Shown here piece by piece: positions 49,455 through 58,852 of a stretch of DNA of 64,000 bases. The DNA is taken from positions 32,242-96,241 of the forward strand of contig JBBIOV010000002.1 in NCBI GenBank assembly GCA_037443185.1. The letters are read 5' to 3'. Under the pieces are notes generated by a model that saw nothing but the letters and a program-made list of their open reading frames with translations, was not told where the DNA came from and ran no database searches. The position numbers and the translations under genes are program-made. How positions within the stretch are numbered: the first letter of the stretch is position 1; every line of letters begins with the position of its first letter. This DNA comes from a bacterium. Lineage in GTDB: Bacteria > Patescibacteriota > Minisyncoccia > 2-01-FULL-47-10 > JBBIMT01.

Positions 49455-50117
49455 TTATTTAACAGATCCTGTTGAAAAATTAGTAGTATCAGTTTTTGTT
49501 GTCGGTGAACCAGTTGGGCCTGAAACATCAGAAGCAGAAACAGTGGCTTCGCTGGCTTGTTTGACTTCTTCTTGACGAGGAGGAACAATAGAAGCAATAA
49601 CTGTTTCTATATTTTGCACAGGAGTTACTCCTTTAGGAAAAGTAATATCTTTAATTTTAATCTCATCATTAATTTTAGTTAATGTAGAAATATCAGCAGT
49701 TAATTTTTTTGGAATGATATCAGCTTGACATCTAACTTCAACTTCTCTTGTATTGATGATAAAAATACCTCCTAAATTTTTAACTGCTGGCGCTATCCCC
49801 ACAAATTCAACTGGCACCTTAACATTTATTTCTTTACCTCTTTTAAACGCATAAAAATCAACATGAATAGGCATTCCAGTTAACGGATGATATTGTAAAT
49901 CATGTATTAAAGCCTCTTTTTTCGTATCTTCAAATTGAATCTCAATCACTTGCGTTTCTCCAGCTTCTTGAAATACACGAGAAAAATCTGAGGCCTTTAA
50001 ACAAAAGGCGATATTTTTCACTTGAGAACCATACAAAATAGCGTTAATTAACCCTTTTTTAAGGGCTTTTTTTTGCTTTGGTATCGCTTTGATTGTTATT
50101 TTATTTGATTTTGGCAT
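49455..50117 (-). CDS. rplY: 50S ribosomal protein L25/Ctc
   Basis: AILYG, LQYHPL..PIHVDFY, VPVEFVG, C-terminal beta domain. Confidence 0.92.
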   Translation of the reverse strand: MPKSNKITIKAIPKQKKALKKGLINAILYGSQVKNIAFCLKASDFSRVFQEAGETQVIEIQFEDTKKEALIHDLQYHPLTGMPIHVDFYAFKRGKEINVKVPVEFVGIAPAVKNLGGIFIINTREVEVRCQADIIPKKLTADISTLTKINDEIKIKDITFPKGVTPVQNIETVIASIVPPRQEEVKQASEATVSASDVSGPTGSPTTKTDTTNFSTGSVK

Positions 50118-50415
50118 AAAGATGATAAGTTAAAACATCATCGGGAGTTAATTGTTCAATTTTATCAAGCCTTTTAAAATCTTGCTTAGTTAAATCCGTT
50201 AATATTCCAAAGCTTGTAATATGGGGATGTAAAATATTGCTTATTCCTATAATCGAAGAGCTTTTGCATTTTGGACAATCAATATGAAAATATACATTAA
50301 ACTCATTTTCATTAATGATATAAGCGTTAGATTCATCAAGCTCAAGCTTGCAAACCATACAAGTTCCCAATATCCGGAAATTAAATTTACTGAATTTTTT
50401 TCTTTTTTTCATCAT
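50101..50415 (-). CDS. Hypothetical Zn-ribbon protein
   Basis: CMVC and HIDCPKC motifs, GILTDL, DDVL..H. Confidence 0.72.
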   Translation of the reverse strand: MMKKRKKFSKFNFRILGTCMVCKLELDESNAYIINENEFNVYFHIDCPKCKSSSIIGISNILHPHITSFGILTDLTKQDFKRLDKIEQLTPDDVLTYHLYAKIK

Positions 50416-50625
50416 AGTATGATTATATTAAATAAAAAAATTTAAAAGTCAACTTTGCTAATTTAGTTTAAAAAACTGAATTTTCTATTCAAAAAGTAAG
50501 TAAAATAAATTAGCTAAAATAATAACATCTGGCATTTAAAGTTCAACTTTTAAAATAAATAAAGATAATACTTTGAAAAAATTATTTTGACTTAAGTTAT
50601 ATTTTCTAAACGCCTTTTAAAGGAT

Positions 50626-51384
50626 TTAAAGATTTTTGATATGCTTTATTTTTTTAACGAATTCTCCTTTTCCAAATAAATCTATTGCTTTAGGTGATAA
50701 AAAAATTCCTCTCCCACCTTCAGCGAAAAAATCTTTTATTATAGTTAAAGCTTCTTCTTGTTTTTCTATATTATCGAAAGTGACTTCTGATAAAAATATA
50801 GAAAAATTTGGCGCCATTTTCGCGATAATATCAAAGTGATATCTCGTTTCAGGCCAAGGAATAACTGCGGCATCAGCGCCTATTTCCATAGCTGCTCTTA
50901 CCCCATAAGCAAAACGTAAAGTCTCGTTATGATGCCAAAATGTTGAAGATGCAAATACTTGAGGCCAGACGAAAACTTTTTTAAAATATTTAGCCGCTGT
51001 AAAAATTACTTGAGACAAATCTTTTAAAGATTGCGGCTCTTTTTTTGTCCCAAGATACAAATTAAATCCAATCGCTCCTGTGAGACTATCTTTTACAATA
51101 TTATCTAAAGAGGAAACAAGCGGGGCATATTTTATATTTTCTTTAAAAGATAAAGAAGTAATGCCGTTAACTTTAACAATAGTTGAGACTTTTTTTGTCT
51201 TAAGAAGCGACTTAGATTGATAAAATATCCCAGGCATCAAGGAAATACCATCAAAACTTTCTTTATCCGCAAATAAAATCATTTGTGATGGATCGGCTGT
51301 TTCTTCAGTTAAATCAAAAGGGCCATTTAAAAATCCTACATCGTAGGCTAAAAATATTGCTTTTTTGTTTTTTATTTTTTGCAT
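50626..51384 (-). CDS. DhnA-type class I aldolase-like protein, probably catalytically altered
   Basis: LAYDVG..NGP, VKVNG, IGFNLYLG, AYGVRAAMEIGAD; the Schiff-base Lys position is not Lys. Confidence 0.72.
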   Translation of the reverse strand: MQKIKNKKAIFLAYDVGFLNGPFDLTEETADPSQMILFADKESFDGISLMPGIFYQSKSLLKTKKVSTIVKVNGITSLSFKENIKYAPLVSSLDNIVKDSLTGAIGFNLYLGTKKEPQSLKDLSQVIFTAAKYFKKVFVWPQVFASSTFWHHNETLRFAYGVRAAMEIGADAAVIPWPETRYHFDIIAKMAPNFSIFLSEVTFDNIEKQEEALTIIKDFFAEGGRGIFLSPKAIDLFGKGEFVKKIKHIKNL

Positions 51385-51434
51385 TTTTATTTAAACGACT
51401 TTCTTAAGTTTTTTATGATACATAATACTTAATT

Positions 51435-52676
51435 TTAAATTTGTATTACTCCCCTGTCGAAATTTTCAACAATTAAGTCCTCTAATTTTTTTTCTGGCTC
51501 GATAAATCCTTTAAAAATGCGATTCCATAATGATTCTTGATGATGATAAATATATTTAGCTATTGTTTCCCTTTTTACTAATGCGATTGAAGAATCAACT
51601 AAATTAAAGCTTACAAGTTTTTCTTCTTTAGTAGCTTTTTTGAAAAAATCACCGATGTAATGTAGCTTTGCCCAAAATTCTAAATCTTCTAATGAATTAT
51701 CTCTTGCAAAATTGCTTAAATATTCATTTGCGTGATCCCAATGAATTGTTTCAGAATTAACATGAGGCTGAAAAAGACGTGGGTCATTGGGATTATCTTT
51801 GGCTAAATATCTTTGAACTATCAGCCATTGTATTTTATGATTAGTAAAAGGCAAAACTTCAGAAACATCACCTCTTAATAAGCTAATTAATTTTTCATTA
51901 AAGTTAGCTTCATCTTTTGAATACATTGAGATAAGCCGAGAATAAAATTGAACTTCATAAAAATAATGCAAAAGTAAACTAAAAACGACTAAAGTTTCTC
52001 CTGGCGTATTAATAGGAAGTGGAATGATAAATATAATCCCAAGTTCTTTTAAATGTGACACATTATGATATTTTTTTTCGATAAATTTTTCCGCAATTTT
52101 CAACCATTTTGGAGCTAAAACTATAACTGACGCCTCTCTTTGTTCGAAATCGCTTGGTTTTAAACTTTTATACTGGGGCAAAAAAATATTATTCATCCAC
52201 TCTCGTGTTTCAACAAATCTTAAAGCCGCAAAAATTTCCCGCCAATCCTCTGTATTAAGAAGTTGCTGGACATTATTACAACTGCAAGCATGCATAATAT
52301 GTGGAGGAGGAGTTTTGAATAAAAGCTCTAACGCTTTTTCTTTTTTTAGAAAAAAGCCTTTTTTGTGATTACCGTACTTACGAGCAGTATCAATCATTTT
52401 TTTGTATTTTTTCGCTGAAGTTAAATCAGGCTCATCAAAAAAATGATACAAAACATGATCGTCTCCAATTAATTTATCGTAAATTCTCTGCTGAATTTCT
52501 TCATAACTGCCATTTTGGATGTGCAACATTTCAAAAGTTTTTTGAATCATTGCTTGGTTTTCTTGAACGATATTTTCGATAACATTTTTCTTTCCTGTTA
52601 TTTCTTCCATTTTCTTAATCGTCCTTTCAAGTATCTCTTGGTTAGTGTGTAAAATTTTTGCGATATTGTTAAGCAT
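51435..52676 (-). CDS. Conserved-looking hypothetical protein (413 aa)
   Basis: Long ORF with motif-like KKYHNVSHLKELG, LHYFYE, QRYLAK, PHVNSE, YHHQESLWN; no family recognised. Confidence 0.75.
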   Translation of the reverse strand: MLNNIAKILHTNQEILERTIKKMEEITGKKNVIENIVQENQAMIQKTFEMLHIQNGSYEEIQQRIYDKLIGDDHVLYHFFDEPDLTSAKKYKKMIDTARKYGNHKKGFFLKKEKALELLFKTPPPHIMHACSCNNVQQLLNTEDWREIFAALRFVETREWMNNIFLPQYKSLKPSDFEQREASVIVLAPKWLKIAEKFIEKKYHNVSHLKELGIIFIIPLPINTPGETLVVFSLLLHYFYEVQFYSRLISMYSKDEANFNEKLISLLRGDVSEVLPFTNHKIQWLIVQRYLAKDNPNDPRLFQPHVNSETIHWDHANEYLSNFARDNSLEDLEFWAKLHYIGDFFKKATKEEKLVSFNLVDSSIALVKRETIAKYIYHHQESLWNRIFKGFIEPEKKLEDLIVENFDRGVIQI

Positions 52677-52777
52677 TTTTTATGTAAAATTAAAAATTAT
52701 AAATATAATTATTAAGTAAAAATCTTATATTGTTAAAAATTGTTAAAAAAAGAAGTTGTTTAGTGGAAAAAATCTTT

Positions 52778-53470
52778 TTATATTATGTCATCTTTGATAG
52801 AAGGCGCATAACTGGCTCTAATTATATTATTTCTTCCAAAAACATATAATAACCCCTTACTGCCATCATTCCCGGAGCCATATTCAATAGCCTTTTCTCC
52901 GTTTGATAATGATATTTCATCAACCCAATTATAACCAATCAACATATCACGGTAAAATTTAACCATTGATTGAAGTTCAAATTTTAATGAATTTAAATCA
53001 GGGAAATATTTAAAAAGCTCCGAAAAATCGGCAAATATTATTTTACTAATATTCTTGGCGTTATTTAAGCCCTGGATGTAAAATATAAAAGATCCATTAA
53101 TATTTTCATCGGATGAAAACTTGTAGAATATTAGATCTGGTTCTTTATTTGTGATGATCTCTTTTGTAATAAACTTTGAAGAACAAGAAGTCCAATAATT
53201 AGGATATCTTACCTCAAAACCGTATTTTTCATTGTGATAAGTTTTCCATCCTTCAATTTCACTTAAACTTGAATTTGCATCAACTATCGAGCTCGAACCT
53301 CGATAGTTGGAAATTGTTGAAATTTGTCTTGTTAAGTTATTAATTGTTTCTTGTTGTTGGATTAAAATTTTGTATTGTTCAGAAATAAAAAGATAGACAA
53401 AAAATGAGCCAAACGCGGCAATAATCAAAAGAATTATTAAAATAATGTGTTCTAATTTATGTTGAAGCAT
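52778..53470 (-). CDS. Membrane-anchored protein with WKTYxNxxYGF motif (PsbP-like)
   Basis: N-terminal TM, coiled coil, GWKTYHNEKYGFEVRYP. Confidence 0.65.
   Translation of the reverse strand: MLQHKLEHIILIILLIIAAFGSFFVYLFISEQYKILIQQQETINNLTRQISTISNYRGSSSIVDANSSLSEIEGWKTYHNEKYGFEVRYPNYWTSCSSKFITKEIITNKEPDLIFYKFSSDENINGSFIFYIQGLNNAKNISKIIFADFSELFKYFPDLNSLKFELQSMVKFYRDMLIGYNWVDEISLSNGEKAIEYGSGNDGSKGLLYVFGRNNIIRASYAPSIKDDII
53281..53309. repeat. Palindromic element inside CDS
   Basis: CAACTATCGAG-CTCGAAC-CTCGATAGTTG (11-bp arms). Confidence 0.7.
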
Positions 53471-53580
53471 TATAAAATTTTCTTTTAATTTTAAATGCGT
53501 TTATATTATTTTAGCATATAAAATTAAAAAAACAAAATAATAAATAAATTCTTTACTTAATCAAATAAACCTTGTTGAAA

Positions 53581-54576
53581 TTATATCAGACTTTCTTTAA
53601 TTTCAATATGCTTCCATCTATAGTGCATTAAATCTTTTAAAGTTAAAAGTCCTGCTTTAGCACCAACGTTCTCTAAAACAGAAGTTGAATTTGCTGAAGC
53701 AATTCTAATTGCTTCTTTTATATCGCTATGCGAAAGCAAATAACCCGCTAGAAAACCAGACCCAAATGCATCACCAGCGCCAGTCCTATCGATTACTTCT
53801 TTTTCTTTAAATATTCCTGCCTGATAAAGTTTATATCCATCTAATATCATTACCCCTTCTGGTCCCTGAGTCATTACAATAATTGCGTCAGTAAAATTGC
53901 GAATTTTCTTAACAATGTCTTTATGATGGTGTAAACTAACACCAGTAAATGAAACCATCTCTTCTTCATTCATAATCAAAATTGATATATTTTTTAACAA
54001 ATGACTAAATCTTTTATAACCATAAACCAGTTCCCGCGACCCAGGATTAAAAGCGATATGAATATTATGAATTTTAGCAAAATTCACTAAATCTTCCAGC
54101 AATTTTATATTACCGCCAAGAGAAGAAATATAAAACCACTCAGCTTGAAAATTATGCCAAGGAATTTGACTACTTAAAAACTTTTCTGAAGCGCCGCGAT
54201 GAGTTAAAATTGATCGTTCTCCAGTGGGGGCAACTAATATAATCGAAAAACCTGTCTTTTCCTTTTTATCTTCTTCAACAAAAGCAGTAGAAACTTTTTC
54301 CTTATGAAGCGATTGTAAAATATCTTTACCCCAAGCGTCAAAGCCAACTCTAACTAAAGTTGCTGTTTTTAATCCTTTTCGTGCAAATGATACAGCTGTA
54401 TTAGTCCCCCCACCTCCTGACTCAAAGGTAACATCTCTGATTTCTATTTTCGAGCCAAGAGGCACACATTCTGCCTGTCTGAAACTATATTTTCCAATTT
54501 TTTCAACGCTAAAATCTTTACTTCGTAAAAAAATATCCATCGTCGCGGCACCAATTGTAATAATATCAAAGCGCAT
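53581..54576 (-). CDS. PfkB/ribokinase family carbohydrate kinase
   Basis: GGGGTNTA, NPG, NEEE, DRTGAGDAFGSG. Confidence 0.95.
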   Translation of the reverse strand: MRFDIITIGAATMDIFLRSKDFSVEKIGKYSFRQAECVPLGSKIEIRDVTFESGGGGTNTAVSFARKGLKTATLVRVGFDAWGKDILQSLHKEKVSTAFVEEDKKEKTGFSIILVAPTGERSILTHRGASEKFLSSQIPWHNFQAEWFYISSLGGNIKLLEDLVNFAKIHNIHIAFNPGSRELVYGYKRFSHLLKNISILIMNEEEMVSFTGVSLHHHKDIVKKIRNFTDAIIVMTQGPEGVMILDGYKLYQAGIFKEKEVIDRTGAGDAFGSGFLAGYLLSHSDIKEAIRIASANSTSVLENVGAKAGLLTLKDLMHYRWKHIEIKESLI

Positions 54577-54608
54577 CTATTTTTACGACATCGTAAGTCC
54601 TTATATAC

Positions 54609-55592
54609 TTATGAGATCAAAAAATTTTTTATCTGTTCACTAAGTTTATTAACTGACAAACCAAAATTTTCATATAATTCTCCAGGTTCTCCGGATTCAC
54701 CAAAACGATCATTAATTCCAATTATTTTCATTTTAACAGGAAATTCTTGGGATAATAGTTCAGCTACTGCACCTCCCAGTCCACCATTTACTTGATGTTC
54801 TTCTATTGTAATTATTCTCTTTGTTTCTTGGGCGCAATTAATAATTATCTCTTTATCAAGCGGTTTTATAGTATGGCAATTTAAAACTTTTATGGAAACA
54901 TCTTTGCCTTCTTTTGATAATTTTTTTTCAGCCTCGTAAGAAGCAAGTATTGCGTTGTATAATATTGGCCCTGAAGAAATTATTGTTAAATCTTTACCTT
55001 CCTTAAATATCTCGGCTTTACCAATCTTAAAGGGAGTATCTTCTTTTGTAAAAACCGGAGAATTAAATCGAGCAAGACGAATATAAAAAGGTTTATTAAT
55101 AGAGGCTGCCGCGACTGTTGCTTTTTGAGCTTCAATTGAATCACAAGGATTTACTACTATTATATTAGGAATAACGCGCATAATAGCAATATCCTCTATT
55201 GCCTGATGAGTAGCGCCATCAGGACCAACAGACACTCCAGCATGCGCTCCAGCTATCTTAACTGGCTGATTATTATAACAAATTGTTGTGCGAATTTGTT
55301 CCCAATTTCTTCCGGGAGAAAACATAGCGTAAGAAGAAATAAAAGGAATTTTACCACAGGCAGCAAGCCCAGAAGCCACAAGAGCCATATTTTGTTCTGC
55401 AACTCCTAATTCCAAAAATCTATCAGGAAACTTCTCTTTAAACCATAAAGAACGGGTACTTTCTGATAAATCAGCGCAAAGCACCACCACATTTTTATTT
55501 TTTTCTCCAAGCTCAACTAAACCTTTACCGTATCCGTCACGAGTTGCTTGAAGTTCTAATTTCGAAATGTCTAAAAAATTTTCTTGAAGCAT
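54609..55592 (-). CDS. tkt: Transketolase C-terminal subunit
   Basis: ATRDGYG, GVAEQN, GPDGATHQ, TIKPLD, EEHQ..GGLG. Start moved to ATG 55592. Confidence 0.93.
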   Translation of the reverse strand: MLQENFLDISKLELQATRDGYGKGLVELGEKNKNVVVLCADLSESTRSLWFKEKFPDRFLELGVAEQNMALVASGLAACGKIPFISSYAMFSPGRNWEQIRTTICYNNQPVKIAGAHAGVSVGPDGATHQAIEDIAIMRVIPNIIVVNPCDSIEAQKATVAAASINKPFYIRLARFNSPVFTKEDTPFKIGKAEIFKEGKDLTIISSGPILYNAILASYEAEKKLSKEGKDVSIKVLNCHTIKPLDKEIIINCAQETKRIITIEEHQVNGGLGGAVAELLSQEFPVKMKIIGINDRFGESGEPGELYENFGLSVNKLSEQIKNFLIS

Positions 55593-55602
55593 TTTTAATA
55601 TA

Positions 55603-56127
55603 TTATTTATCAATTTTAAATTTCTCCCACTCCCTTTGGAAAAACCAAAGCAAACCAGAGACACTGAAAATGACGATGATAATAACAAGATAAACACCAA
55701 GTCGATCATAAAGACTAATCACATATCTTCCGGCTTCAAATAAAAACCTTATCATTATAATCAATGAACCAATAAAATATGGCAAAACTAAAACAAAACT
55801 GAGTGTTCCCTTTTGTTTAAAGCGGTTAAATACAATTGAAGCGATAATCAGTAAAGGTATAGCGTATGCGCCATGAATAAATATTAAATTTGCATTAAGA
55901 AGTGGCCCAAATTGCTGTGTTTCAATCAGTTTACCTAAATCGCGCCAAACAGCCGACATTAACATTGTAGCCGCTATTGTTAAAATAATAGTAAAAACAA
56001 TCGTTAATGGCGAGATTTTGCCTTCGTAAACTTTAAAAAAAGACACGCGTCGAGAAATAAATTCCCAAATCACAAATATAATAAGCGCCAAAAAAGACCA
56101 ACCAATTAAAATTCCTAAGTCCTCCAT
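55603..56127 (-). CDS. Hypothetical multi-pass membrane protein
   Basis: About five hydrophobic segments; ATG 56127 preferred. Confidence 0.7.
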   Translation of the reverse strand: MEDLGILIGWSFLALIIFVIWEFISRRVSFFKVYEGKISPLTIVFTIILTIAATMLMSAVWRDLGKLIETQQFGPLLNANLIFIHGAYAIPLLIIASIVFNRFKQKGTLSFVLVLPYFIGSLIIMIRFLFEAGRYVISLYDRLGVYLVIIIVIFSVSGLLWFFQREWEKFKIDK

Positions 56128-56213
56128 AATCTGAAATGTTGAATGTAAAATTATAAAGTTAATAAATGATAACAATTAATATATCTACATTTTTTCATTC
56201 ACTTTTTAAATAT

Positions 56214-56759
56214 TTACCACCAACGTGCACCTGCAGAATAAACAGACCAAGCGGCGTTATAATTGGAGCAGCCTCGCGCTGGGTCAATATATTTTTCAAA
56301 ACCTGATACATTACAAAGTTCCTCGCCTAAATATAATACAATAAATTTATAATCTTTTCCATCTGAAGCGTAACCATATTGAGGACCGCCACCATAGTAT
56401 CTAGAATCTTTATTCAAACGACAATAATTACTCGGATCATTTGGCAAATCAAAATTCACATCAGGTATATACTGCGTATGGGTACACTCTGAAAAAAAAA
56501 TAGCTTCATGAAGTACAGGAAAGCCTTGAGATGTTTCGCGATATATCGACTGATTATCAGTCATGACTTTTAAATGAGTAATAGGATAATTGCCTTTTTC
56601 GTTTTTATATTTTTCCAGTTCCGTTTTTATAAACTTTAAATCTTCAGCCCGTTTTTGTGCCCGTGAAAATTTTTGACTTTGATCCATTTTATAAACTCCA
56701 AAAATTCCTCCTACCCCAATGACTAAAGCTAAAATTCCGATAAAAATATCTTTTTTCAT
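56214..56759 (-). CDS. Pseudopilin (GspG-like) domain protein
   Basis: N-terminal TM, RAEDLKFIKTELEKYKNEKGNYP, LPNDP, YGYASDG; no prepilin G|FTLIE motif. Confidence 0.6.
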   Translation of the reverse strand: MKKDIFIGILALVIGVGGIFGVYKMDQSQKFSRAQKRAEDLKFIKTELEKYKNEKGNYPITHLKVMTDNQSIYRETSQGFPVLHEAIFFSECTHTQYIPDVNFDLPNDPSNYCRLNKDSRYYGGGPQYGYASDGKDYKFIVLYLGEELCNVSGFEKYIDPARGCSNYNAAWSVYSAGARWW

Positions 56760-57260
56760 ACTTTTTTTATTTTTCTACTTTTACGACTAATTTTGATGTT
56801 TATTGACGCTATGTTTAATACTTTTTATAACTTTTTGTGTTAATACTATAAAGACAATCTGCGACACTGTTTATATCTATATCTCATAGTTCTGAAAACC
56901 TTTGACCACAACATTTAAATAGCAGCGACCAAAAGTAGTAGTGTGGAAAAATAAATCCAGCTTTTCCTTTATCTATCATTTCAACTAATTTATTAATAAA
57001 CTTTTTCTTTTTTTTGTTTATATATATTGTTCTAGATTTATAAATTTATTTTTAATGAAAAAAGGAAGATATAAAAAACCAAAAACAAAACCATAATCAT
57101 ATTTACTATTGATTTTTCACCTTTCTTAAATTCTATGTTGCATTAGTTCTATATACGAAAATTTTATTTTATTCAACATCTAATGTCAAGAAGTAGTCAT
57201 TTTTTAATAACTGTAAAATTGTCAATTCGTAATTCCCCATTTATAATTCACTATTTATAA

Positions 57261-58121
57261 TCACTCATGCTCGCTTTTTATTCTTCCATCGAGTGTTCTT
57301 AATTGCTTAAGAGCCGTTTGCGCTTCTTCTTTATTCGGCGGCTTGCCGTGCCATTCAAATTTATTTTCCATAAAATCTACTCCTTTACCAGGAATAGTAT
57401 GTGCTATGATTACCGTTGGTTTCTCATATACTGCTTTTGCGTGATTGCACGTATCTATGATTTCCCTAAAATTATGTCCATCAATATGCAAGATATGCCA
57501 ATTAAAAGCTTTATATTTTTCTTCAAGTGGCTCAAGCGGCATCACATCTTCAGTATAGCCATCAATTTGAATATTATTTCTATCAATTATGCCTGTTAAA
57601 TTACTTAATTTATATTTCCCAGCAAACATTACAGACTCCCAAAGCGATCCTTCATTATGTTCCCCATCCGACATTAAACAATAAACCCGGTATTTTTTAT
57701 TATCCATTCTCCCAGCAATTGCCATACCACACGCTTGCCCCAATCCACATCCCAGCGGTCCACTACTTGTTTCAATACCAGGCAAAGACTCACGATGGGG
57801 GTGACCTTGAAGCCGAGTACCAATTTTTCGTAAAGTTTTTAGTTCTTCTCGTGGGAAAAATCCAGCATGAGATAAAGTCGCATAATATACAGGACAAATA
57901 TGTCCATTGGAAAGAACTAATCTATCGCGTTCCTCCCAATAAGGATTTTTAGGGTCGTAATTCAAAATATAAAAATAAAGCGCTGTAAAAATATCTGCCA
58001 TTCCTAAAGGTCCAGCAGAATGCCCTGAACCTGCCGCAAGTAGCATTTCAATAATATCTTTTCTAATTTCGTTTGCTTTAGTCTTAAGTTGTTCTTCGGT
58101 ATAATAAAAAGGATTTGGCAT
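57261..58121 (-). CDS. tkt: Transketolase N-terminal (TPP-binding) subunit
   Basis: GSGH, RDRLVLSNGH, LQGHP, SDGE..EG..WE, DRNNIQIDG, GKG. Confidence 0.95.
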   Translation of the reverse strand: MPNPFYYTEEQLKTKANEIRKDIIEMLLAAGSGHSAGPLGMADIFTALYFYILNYDPKNPYWEERDRLVLSNGHICPVYYATLSHAGFFPREELKTLRKIGTRLQGHPHRESLPGIETSSGPLGCGLGQACGMAIAGRMDNKKYRVYCLMSDGEHNEGSLWESVMFAGKYKLSNLTGIIDRNNIQIDGYTEDVMPLEPLEEKYKAFNWHILHIDGHNFREIIDTCNHAKAVYEKPTVIIAHTIPGKGVDFMENKFEWHGKPPNKEEAQTALKQLRTLDGRIKSEHE

Positions 58122-58294
58122 AAAAATATCTTTAAATTAAAATATGAAAAAAATTTAGGATTTACTTATATTATTTATCTACTCTTCAATATACTAATTA
58201 TAAATTTAAAATCAAAAGAAGGAAGTTAAACAATGCGTGAAAGTTTGTTAAAAGATTTTTTTAAAATTATTTAAAATTATTAAAATTGTTTATT

Positions 58295-58852
58295 TTAGGG
58301 TTTATGATAAATCATTATCAATAAAAAAATTGTGATTATAAAGAAGATAATTTTAAATATCATAAGGGATATGGGATTTTCTTGCAGTGGAAATTTGGAG
58401 ATGATAACGCGTACAATTAAAAATATTCCTATTAAAACGAATATAATACCTATAATAAGAACTGAAGGCTGGAATTCAGTCATACAATGAAAGATGAAGC
58501 AATGCGGAAATGCGAAACTAATCATCCCAAAACCAACGTAAATTGTTTCTAATCCCAACAAGATACTGAATAACTTAGCAATATTTTGCCATCTATCTTT
58601 GGGAGATGGATTATTGATAAATCTGAAAAGAAAGATACTCAATATCGTTATTATCGCTCCATAAAAGAAATTATAAGGCACAAAATCATTATCACACATT
58701 TGAAAATGCTGCCAACCTAAAAAACGTAATCCTTCGCAATTGTTAAAAGGCAAGGTCAAGATAATTGCTAAAAGACCATGAATAAAAAATCCTAAAAATA
58801 TGATATATAATAAAATTTTTTCAATTTTGAACCAAATTTCTTTTAGGGACAT
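58295..58852 (-). CDS. Hypothetical membrane protein with Cys pairs in loops
   Basis: Five TM segments; overlaps the rpe stop. Confidence 0.65.
   Translation of the reverse strand: MSLKEIWFKIEKILLYIIFLGFFIHGLLAIILTLPFNNCEGLRFLGWQHFQMCDNDFVPYNFFYGAIITILSIFLFRFINNPSPKDRWQNIAKLFSILLGLETIYVGFGMISFAFPHCFIFHCMTEFQPSVLIIGIIFVLIGIFLIVRVIISKFPLQENPISLMIFKIIFFIITIFLLIMIYHKP

Noticed and set aside
56760-57260. Tiny ORFs in the 500-bp gap (e.g. MIDKGKAGFIFPHYYFWSLLFKCCGQRFSEL)
   Set aside because: No SD, homology or structure to support them; may be decayed sequence.
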